DNA of 64,000 nucleotides from an uncultured Granulicella sp. (GTDB lineage Bacteria; Acidobacteriota; Terriglobia; Terriglobales; Acidobacteriaceae): NCBI GenBank assembly GCA_964658395.1, contig CAZZYQ010000017.1, positions 982 to 64,981 of the forward strand, read 5' to 3'. Shown piece by piece: positions 57,056 to 64,000 of this stretch (position 1 is its first letter; each line of letters starts with the position of its first letter). The notes under the pieces were generated by a model. It saw only the letters and a program-made list of their open reading frames with translations, ran no database searches and was not told where the DNA came from. The position numbers and the translations under genes were made by a program.

Positions 57056-59434
57056 TTGAACACGACCGCACCCCCGCAGCTACCGCCGCAAACTTCTACA
57101 CACGACCAGCCTGACGTTCTCTGCTTCAGCCATTTGCGCTGGCACTTTGTAACGCAGCGCCCCCAGCATCTGATGACGCGCTGTGCCCGGGAGCGCCGGG
57201 TGTTCTTCTGGGAAGAACCCGTCTGGGATGTTGACCAGAGCACAGAAGCACCCACGTTGGAGATCATTCAGACAGAGCCGCTGCTCTGGGTGCTGCGGCC
57301 CCACCTTCCGCGAACTGGTAATGCTGACAACATATTGAGAGAGCAGTTGCGTACGTTCATGGTGGAATTCAACATCGAACGGTACATTCGCTGGTACTAC
57401 ACGCCCATGATGCTCAGCTTCACCGAGGAGCTGCGCGGCGACGCAACGGTCTACGACTGCATGGATGAACTGAGCGGTTTCCTCGGTGCTCCTGCTGATT
57501 TAGTGACGCGGGAACGCGCCCTCCTCGACGCGGCCGACGTTGTTTTCACCGGGGGCAACAGCCTGTATGAGGCGAAGCGCAGGCATCACCCCAATGTACA
57601 TCCGTTTCCAAGCTCCATTGACGTTGCACATTTCTCGAAGTCCGCGAAGACGGAGGAGGAGCCGGAGGACCATTCCGCAATTCCACATCCTCGGGCGGGA
57701 TTTTACGGTGTGCTTGATGAACGAATGGATCTTGACCTGGTGCGGGAAGTTGCACGTTTGCGGCCGGAGATGCACTTCATTCTGCTCGGGCCGGTCGTGA
57801 AGATCGATCCAGAAACTCTGCCGCAGGCGAAGAACATTCACTACCTTGGTGCAAAGAAGTACGCAGAGCTGCCACGGTACCTTGCTGGCTGGGATGTCGC
57901 GCTGATGCCATTTGCGCTGAACGACTCCACTCGCTTTATCTCGCCTACGAAGACACCTGAGTACCTTGCCGCCGGCAAGCCTGTAGTCTCAACCCCTATT
58001 CACGATGTGGTGACCGCCTATGGAGCCGCCGGACTTGTCGCTATCGCGGCGAATGCGCGCAGCTTTGCCGAGGCCCTCGACCAGGCTCTGCTTCCGCAGC
58101 CGCAAGCCTGGCACACTGCCGTCAGCGCGAAGCTGGCGGACGGCTCCTGGGACAAGACCTGGGCATCGATGTGGAAGCAGATTGAGCGCGTGTACGCCGG
58201 CTCAGCCGAGTTGAAGCAGGATACTGTCGCAGCTTTCCGCTTCTCACCCGTACCCACCAAGACCCGATCAGCCCGCCTGGAGCGCTACGACTATCTCGTC
58301 GTCGGAGCGGGATTCGCGGGCGGTGTTCTGGCCGAGCGTCTGGCGAACGTCATGGGCAAGCGCGTCCTTGTCGTAGACAAGCGCGACCATATCGGCGGCA
58401 ACACCTTTGACTATCTCGACGATGCCGGCATACTCGTGCACAAATACGGGCCGCACATCTTTCATACGAACAGCACGGAGGTCGTGCAGTATCTTTCGCG
58501 CTTCACCCAGTGGCGCGACTACGAACATCGCGTACTCGCCCGCGTAGACGGTAAACTCCTGCCTATTCCTATCAATCTGGACACGATCAACCGGATGTAC
58601 GACCTTGATCTGGACGCCGCCGCGATGCAGACCTTCCTTGCGTCCCGCACAGAGCGTCCCGTGAACATTCGTACCTCAGAGGACATCTGTGTCAGCCGGG
58701 TCGGTCGCGAGCTTTACGAGAAGTTCTTCCGCAACTACACGCGGAAACAATGGGGCTTGGACCCCTCGGAGCTGGACGCCTCCGTAGCCGGCCGGATCCC
58801 AGTACGGTTCGACCGGGATGATCGCTACTTCACAGACACCTTTCAGGCGATGCCCCTGCATGGCTATACCAGCCTCTTTCAGAAGATGCTTGACTCGCCG
58901 AACATCACGGTCAGGACGGGTACGAACTACGCCGAGATCACGAAGAGCTATCCGGGCATACAGACGGTCTTCACCGGCCCAGTCGATGAGTTTTTCGACT
59001 ACCGGTTTGGTCCTCTGCCTTACCGGTCGTTGGAATTCAAGCACCAGACCTTCGCGCAGGAGTGGTACCAGCCTGTTGCCGTTGTCAATTACCCCAATGA
59101 GCATGCATATACCCGGGTCACTGAGTTCAAGTACCTTACCGGGCAGGTGGCTCCGCAGACCAGCGTGGTCTTCGAATACCCCAAGGCTGAGGGCGATCCG
59201 TACTATCCGATTCCCCGAGCGGACAACGCAGCGCTCTACGCGAAATACAAGTCACTCGCAGACCGGGAATCCAAAGTTCACTTCGTGGGTCGCCTTGCGA
59301 CGTATAAGTACTACAACATGGACCAGGTTGTTGCGCAGTCCCTCGTCGCCTTCAGGAAGATTCGCGATGCCGAACTCCCGAAGGTAGCGCCGGCGCTGCT
59401 CGAAGCGAAGAGTTCTGCCGCGACAGCTTCCTGA
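57056..59434 (+). CDS. glf: Fusion protein: N-terminal GT-B glycosyltransferase domain (~residues 1-395) + C-terminal UDP-galactopyranose mutase (~residues 409-792)
   Basis: N-terminal: CFSHLRWHFVTQRPQHL and PTKTPEYLAAGKPVVS. C-terminal: YDYLVVGAGFAGGVLAERL, DKRDHIGGN, HKYGPHIFHT and GRLATYKYYNMDQVV. The TTG start is forced by an in-frame TAA at 57050-57052. Confidence 0.8.
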   Translation: MNTTAPPQLPPQTSTHDQPDVLCFSHLRWHFVTQRPQHLMTRCARERRVFFWEEPVWDVDQSTEAPTLEIIQTEPLLWVLRPHLPRTGNADNILREQLRTFMVEFNIERYIRWYYTPMMLSFTEELRGDATVYDCMDELSGFLGAPADLVTRERALLDAADVVFTGGNSLYEAKRRHHPNVHPFPSSIDVAHFSKSAKTEEEPEDHSAIPHPRAGFYGVLDERMDLDLVREVARLRPEMHFILLGPVVKIDPETLPQAKNIHYLGAKKYAELPRYLAGWDVALMPFALNDSTRFISPTKTPEYLAAGKPVVSTPIHDVVTAYGAAGLVAIAANARSFAEALDQALLPQPQAWHTAVSAKLADGSWDKTWASMWKQIERVYAGSAELKQDTVAAFRFSPVPTKTRSARLERYDYLVVGAGFAGGVLAERLANVMGKRVLVVDKRDHIGGNTFDYLDDAGILVHKYGPHIFHTNSTEVVQYLSRFTQWRDYEHRVLARVDGKLLPIPINLDTINRMYDLDLDAAAMQTFLASRTERPVNIRTSEDICVSRVGRELYEKFFRNYTRKQWGLDPSELDASVAGRIPVRFDRDDRYFTDTFQAMPLHGYTSLFQKMLDSPNITVRTGTNYAEITKSYPGIQTVFTGPVDEFFDYRFGPLPYRSLEFKHQTFAQEWYQPVAVVNYPNEHAYTRVTEFKYLTGQVAPQTSVVFEYPKAEGDPYYPIPRADNAALYAKYKSLADRESKVHFVGRLATYKYYNMDQVVAQSLVAFRKIRDAELPKVAPALLEAKSSAATAS

Positions 59435-59782
59435 TACGCCCACCGCGGTTCAGGAACCGCCGCAGATGGCGTCTTCGGGTCTCCTAGCACACTCGCATCA
59501 AGCTCCAAAGACGACAGCCCTAAGGCGACTCCGGCCGCTGTCCGCGTGAACGGGGCGTTCGCTTTTTCGAGACACCTCATCTGTTTGGGGTAACCCGGCT
59601 GAGTCTTACTAGTCGCCGCACTTTGAAGTAGCCAAAGATCGGGCCAGACGAAGCATAGATCATGTAATATCGTCAACGAAATCGTTGCTCCAAGACATAC
59701 AGGCGCTTGTTGCCGTGTGTCGTGGAAGTCCACCAAGATGTGCGGCCGAGCTGTCGTACGGGGAAGGTAGTAAACCGAAACA

Positions 59783-61108
59783 ATGGCAATCTCAAGCGCA
59801 GGCACCAATGTGAAGCTTTCCGCGGCTCCTGGTTCCACGAACTACAGTGCCATGGCCATGGTCACGACCTTATTTTTCTGCTGGGGTTTCTGCACGGTCA
59901 TCAACGACACCGTGATTCCGCATCTACAGACGATCTTCGCACTCAGCTATCTTCAGGCGTCGTTGATCCAGCTGGCTTTTTTCAGCTCCTACTTTGTATT
60001 CGCCATGCCCGCCGGCAAGTTGATCGAATGGATCGGCTACCAGAAGAGCATGGTGGTCGGTCTGCTGACCATGGGAGCGGGAGCGCTGCTGTTTGTGCCC
60101 GCTGCCTCGGTTGCGACCTACGGCTTCTTTCTTGGCGCTGAGATCGTACTGGCTGCCGGAGTGACAATCCTGCAGGTCGCAGCTAACCCATACGTGACCA
60201 TTCTCGGCCCCCCGGAGACCGCTTCGAGCCGCTTGAACCTGACCCAGGCCTTCAACACACTCGGGGATACAGTGGCCCCGTATGTCGGGGGAGCGTTGAT
60301 TCTTGGCACCGCCCTGGTGGCTGATCCGAACCATCCGCTCACCGGCGATGCACTCGCAAACTTCCGCGTTCAACAGGCAGCAAACATCAAGCTGCCCTTT
60401 GTTGCGATCGCCGCTGTTGTCGTGGTGCTTGCGCTCGCTATTGCCCTTTACAGGTTCCCGCGCATCGAGACAACCCAGGACTATCGTCCCGGCAGTCTGG
60501 ATATTCAGAACGACAGCATCTGGCATCATCCGCACCTGTACCTGGGAGCGATTGGCATCTTCGTTTATGTGGGCGCGGAGGTGTCGATCGGGAGCTTCCT
60601 GGTCAAGTACTTCAACGATCCGCTGATCGCCGGCCTGCCATTGGAGAAGGGCGCGAAGCTGGTTACGTTTTACTGGGCAGGCATGATGGTCGGCCGGTTC
60701 ATTGGATCCGCGGTAATGCAGAAGGTTGCCGCCAACAAGATCCTGGCGTGGGCCGCCGTCGGTGCAAGTGTTCTCGTGTTGGCCTCACTGCTGGGCACAG
60801 GCTACTTCGCTCTGTGGACGATCCTGGCGGTCGGTTTGTTCAACTCGATCATGTTTCCGACCATCTTCACCTTGGGTGTCGCGGAACTCGGTCCCCTTAC
60901 TGGCCGTGGTTCGGGCCTTCTCGTCCAGGCCATCGTCGGCGGCGCCCTCTTTCCGGTTGTGATGGGTGCCATGGCGGACAGGTTCGGCGTCCATCACTCC
61001 ATGCTGCTACCGTTCCTCTGCTACCTGTTCATCATCTACTACGGCTGGAAGGGATATGAGATCAAGCCGGATGAGCCACAGGCGCACTTCGAGGTCGTAC
61101 CGGAGTAA
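59783..61108 (+). CDS. Sugar MFS transporter (FucP / glucose-galactose GluP family)
   Basis: 441 aa with 12 predicted TM helices. N-terminal FFCWGF..NDTVIPHL and overall FucP-like pattern. Confidence 0.75.
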   Translation: MAISSAGTNVKLSAAPGSTNYSAMAMVTTLFFCWGFCTVINDTVIPHLQTIFALSYLQASLIQLAFFSSYFVFAMPAGKLIEWIGYQKSMVVGLLTMGAGALLFVPAASVATYGFFLGAEIVLAAGVTILQVAANPYVTILGPPETASSRLNLTQAFNTLGDTVAPYVGGALILGTALVADPNHPLTGDALANFRVQQAANIKLPFVAIAAVVVVLALAIALYRFPRIETTQDYRPGSLDIQNDSIWHHPHLYLGAIGIFVYVGAEVSIGSFLVKYFNDPLIAGLPLEKGAKLVTFYWAGMMVGRFIGSAVMQKVAANKILAWAAVGASVLVLASLLGTGYFALWTILAVGLFNSIMFPTIFTLGVAELGPLTGRGSGLLVQAIVGGALFPVVMGAMADRFGVHHSMLLPFLCYLFIIYYGWKGYEIKPDEPQAHFEVVPE

Positions 61109-61132
61109 CTGTCGAGTCGCCAGTAGAAGAAG

Positions 61133-61165
61133 GCCCGGAGGTCGCCTCGACTCCGGGCATTTTCT
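61133..61165 (+). terminator. Probable rho-independent terminator after the MFS transporter gene
   Basis: 8-bp stem gcccggag (61133-61140) / ctccgggc (61151-61158) with a 10-nt loop, followed by attttctc. Confidence 0.5.
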
Positions 61166-61168
61166 CGG

Positions 61169-63997
61169 TCATCGCCCGGAAAGTACCGGAACCGCGCTCT
61201 CCTCCACATTCCAACCCCGCAGCAAAATCGACGGCGTCTTCGCCTCTATGGCGGCGGGATAGCGGACACTCAACGTTCGGGTCTCGCCCGGCAGCACCGT
61301 CACATAATTCTCACTGAAGTACGCCGGCAGAATACGCTCCTTCCCCTTCGCCGTTACCAGCACCGCCTTGGTGGCGAGCGCCGCCGTGTCGCTGCTGTTC
61401 GTCAGCTTCAACTCAACGACGATCTCCTGGCCGTCGGTGCGCGAGGAAGCCGAGGCTGCCAGCTTCACGCGCCGGAGATCATTCAGCTTTCGGTATTCGC
61501 TATCGTCAGCCGCTAGCCAGTAGGTGTTGTCGGAGATGAGCTTCCCGCCTGCGTCCTTCATCTCCAATCGCACAAGCAAAACCTGTTCCTGCGCTAACAA
61601 CGGCGCAAGCTCCAGCCGAAAGGCGGCCACGGTGCTGTTTACGCCAAGATTTACCTGCTGCTGACGCGTCAGCAGCACCTTGTTGCTCAAGGAATAAACG
61701 TTTGCGACCACGTTCATCGTCCCGCTGCCCGCGTTCGTCGTATTTACTGCCGCGACGGTGTAGTCGGACAGGTCGAGCTGCACATGGAGCGGCTCGCAGG
61801 CCTTCTTCACACCGTAAAAGGAACCGGGCGTGTCGTAATCAGAGTTGAAGATCTGCCACATGTTGCTCGGCCATGCAGGCTGTGTCATCCACAACATGCG
61901 CCCGCTGTTTGGCGTCCAGAGATGTTGGTTGAAGCCCTCGAAGATCGCACGGTGCTCGTTGTAGCTCAGCATTTGGGCCTTTCTCTCGAAATCCTCCAGG
62001 CTTGTTCCCGCGCCAAACTCCTGCTCGATCTTCTGCATGAACGGTTCAACCTTTCCGTTCCCCTCCTGGTGCCAGTCGTGGTACGCCCAGGCATCGCCAA
62101 TCGGCCACTGGTCCGCTGGTGCCATCGACGCCTTCAATGCCTCGAGCGTCGAGGGGGCAGGAATGCCTAACTCGACCGAGAAGCCCCTGTCCCACTTGGT
62201 GTAGTAAAGGTCCGGCTCCTGGTAGAAGTACGGCCCGCTGTTCCGCAGGTTGATCCGGTTCGAGCCGGGCGTGTAGTATCGGGTTCCATCCTCCCCGCGA
62301 AAGATGTCGATCAGCCCTTCATTCAGCGTAGGCTGCGGCACTCCTTCGTTTCTGCCGCACCACATCACAATGGATGGATGATTACGGAAACGCGCGACCA
62401 CATCGCGCGCGTTCTTCAGAAAAAGCGGGACGTCTTCCGGCTCGACGTTGTAGTCCTGCGTGGAGGCCCAGAAGTCGTTCCACACCATCATTCCGTACTC
62501 ATCCGCGAGGGCGTAGAACGTCTCTTCGGTATTCTGGCCGACCCAGTTGCGAACGATATTAAGATTCGCCTCGCGATGCAGCCGGAAATAAGGTTCCAGA
62601 TGTTCGCGGCTGACCCGCTTGCGCGAATCGTCCATGCCCCAATTGCCGCCCCGAGCTGCGATGCGAACGCCGTTCACCTTCAGCACCAGGTCGGTCAATC
62701 CGGCGTCGTTCGACAGCGGCTTCACGGCGGCTGAATGCTCCCCCGCCTCCGTGAGCGAAGCCGAGTAGAACTCCGCTTCGCGGTTCCGCATGCCCTCATG
62801 CCGAACGTCGACGACCTGCTCCCCGCGGGCCTTTGCCTCGGTCGGCGACACCTCCACTCGCCTCAAGGCTCCTGCCGCATCGAACAGGCTCAGTTCATAC
62901 GTGATCTCGCGAATGCCGAAGGTGACGGTCTTGCGGTCCGACTCCTGTGGCCCGTCGCCCACTGCCAGCTTCAGGTGATACAGGTCGGGATGACCGTACC
63001 CGTTGGGCCACCATAGCCGGGGATGTTCGACACGCAGCTGCGGGAACTCCGCCTTGGTCAGCCTGACCAAAGTCTCCCCCGGCGCAAACGTAGCCCTCTT
63101 GCTCAGTTCCATTCCTTCGAACTGTGCATGAAGCGTCGCGTCTACAGGGCCAGCGGAAAGGTTACGAACAGGCACCGAGATGCTCACGTCCGCGCTCGAA
63201 GTATCCGGCAGTGGAAGCTGGGTGATCACTTGCGGGTCACCTATCTGCAACTGGTCAGACACCGCGAGAACAACGTCCTGCCATATGCCCATGTTGCGGT
63301 CGCGAATGCCGGGAATCCAGTCCCAACCTTCTGTTGCCACAAACGTAGGCCCATCTAACGCCATCGCTCCGCCATTTTCGCCCGGGCCGCCCAGTACAGA
63401 CTCTTCGTTGGGGATGCCCGGATGGGGCGGCGGCTCGATCAACACGGCCAGCGCATTCCGCCCGCTCTCCTTCAGCAACGACGAGACATCGAATGTTCCG
63501 CGAATAAAGGCGCCTTTGATCGATCCCAGATCGTGCCCGTTCAGCCAAACCTCCGCCGCATAGTTGATGCCGTTAAAAGTGAGCGCCAGGTGGCGACCCG
63601 CAGCACTGCGAGGTGTCTCAAACTCCACTCGATACCAGTAACTCTGCTTGTTGAGCGACTCCGGAATCGCCAGATTGTTCAGCCCAAAGTCTGAATCCGG
63701 ATAGACGCCGCGGTCGATCATGGTCGTCAGCACGGTTCCGGGAACGGTGGCGCGCATCCACTTGCGGCTGTCGTAGTCCGGCTTTGAAAGCGCTGCTCCC
63801 TCAAGTCTCGAACCGGGCTCTGCACTCAGCATCCAGTTGTGGCTGACCGTCCATGCGCCTTCTCCGCGTTCCGTCAACGCAGTTGCGGACGGCGGCGGCA
63901 GCGGCTTGGCGACCGGCTTTCCCAGAGGAGCGCGGCTGTGCGGCATCAACGCAGGATCTTGCGGAGCAAGGTACCCGGCCTGCGCCCGCACCTGCAC
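61169..63997 (-). CDS. Glycoside hydrolase family 2 (beta-mannosidase / exo-beta-D-glucosaminidase-like), probably N-terminally truncated by the window edge
   Basis: 942+ aa. GH2 sugar-binding, Ig-like and TIM-barrel order, with acid/base region MWCGRNEG. No signal peptide is visible, and the ORF reaches within 3 nt of the window end. Confidence 0.8.
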   Translation of the reverse strand: MQVRAQAGYLAPQDPALMPHSRAPLGKPVAKPLPPPSATALTERGEGAWTVSHNWMLSAEPGSRLEGAALSKPDYDSRKWMRATVPGTVLTTMIDRGVYPDSDFGLNNLAIPESLNKQSYWYRVEFETPRSAAGRHLALTFNGINYAAEVWLNGHDLGSIKGAFIRGTFDVSSLLKESGRNALAVLIEPPPHPGIPNEESVLGGPGENGGAMALDGPTFVATEGWDWIPGIRDRNMGIWQDVVLAVSDQLQIGDPQVITQLPLPDTSSADVSISVPVRNLSAGPVDATLHAQFEGMELSKRATFAPGETLVRLTKAEFPQLRVEHPRLWWPNGYGHPDLYHLKLAVGDGPQESDRKTVTFGIREITYELSLFDAAGALRRVEVSPTEAKARGEQVVDVRHEGMRNREAEFYSASLTEAGEHSAAVKPLSNDAGLTDLVLKVNGVRIAARGGNWGMDDSRKRVSREHLEPYFRLHREANLNIVRNWVGQNTEETFYALADEYGMMVWNDFWASTQDYNVEPEDVPLFLKNARDVVARFRNHPSIVMWCGRNEGVPQPTLNEGLIDIFRGEDGTRYYTPGSNRINLRNSGPYFYQEPDLYYTKWDRGFSVELGIPAPSTLEALKASMAPADQWPIGDAWAYHDWHQEGNGKVEPFMQKIEQEFGAGTSLEDFERKAQMLSYNEHRAIFEGFNQHLWTPNSGRMLWMTQPAWPSNMWQIFNSDYDTPGSFYGVKKACEPLHVQLDLSDYTVAAVNTTNAGSGTMNVVANVYSLSNKVLLTRQQQVNLGVNSTVAAFRLELAPLLAQEQVLLVRLEMKDAGGKLISDNTYWLAADDSEYRKLNDLRRVKLAASASSRTDGQEIVVELKLTNSSDTAALATKAVLVTAKGKERILPAYFSENYVTVLPGETRTLSVRYPAAIEAKTPSILLRGWNVEESAVPVLSGR

Positions 63998-64000
63998 CGG

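Noticed and set aside
59311..59838. 175-aa minus-strand ORF spanning the UGM-MFS intergenic region.
   Set aside because: It overlaps the 3' end of the UGM fusion gene and the 5' end of the transporter gene. It has no motif and no SD sequence, and its composition is heterogeneous.

Overview
High-GC (about 60%) bacterial chromosomal segment. Gene content and protein styles suggest an Acidobacteriota (Acidobacteriaceae-like) genome; that assignment is inference only. The window is densely coding, and I can support about 50 CDS and one tRNA-Arg(ACG). I recognised no rRNA, CRISPR array, transposase, integrase or prophage genes.

Content from left to right:
- Outer-membrane porin-like gene, then nadB, then aroB-ubiE/menG (translationally coupled).
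- A leucine-catabolism (liu-like) cluster: enoyl-CoA hydratase, HMG-CoA lyase, isovaleryl-CoA dehydrogenase, methylcrotonyl-CoA carboxylase beta.
- TonB-like gene, ribA, a GNAT gene, a futalosine-pathway radical SAM gene, an Asp-box (BNR) beta-propeller protein and an OmpA-family chimera.
- An orphan nuoB, then glnB-glnD, an esterase, gmhA, a Na+/H+ antiporter, glgX and the tRNA-Arg.
- A TlpA-like redoxin, then a GT2 / PTPS / PTPS' / folE block, then truB.
- tesA with divergent ybbA-ybbP-like ABC genes, then czcCBA.
- An FTR1-DUF2318 fusion with two FtsX permeases and an ATPase.
- nadK-tlyA, an ECF sigma/anti-sigma pair, a YVTN lipoprotein, DUF92, DUF218, tsaC, a TrmH-family gene and rarA.
- A glycosyltransferase::UDP-galactopyranose mutase fusion, a FucP-like MFS transporter and a GH2 hydrolase that runs off the window edge.

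The observations I rank highest:
1. The P19-less FTR1::DUF2318 + MacB-type ABC module next to czcCBA.
2. The GT-B::UGM fusion gene.
3. The overlapping tandem PTPS paralogs, one lacking the catalytic His, coupled to a membrane GT2 and folE.
4. An orphan nuoB.
5. A short palindromic intergenic motif seen at least twice.

Limits: all calls come from reading the translated ORFs and the DNA by eye. No database search or alignment software was used. Start codons are best guesses, and the ORF track uses GTG/TTG starts.
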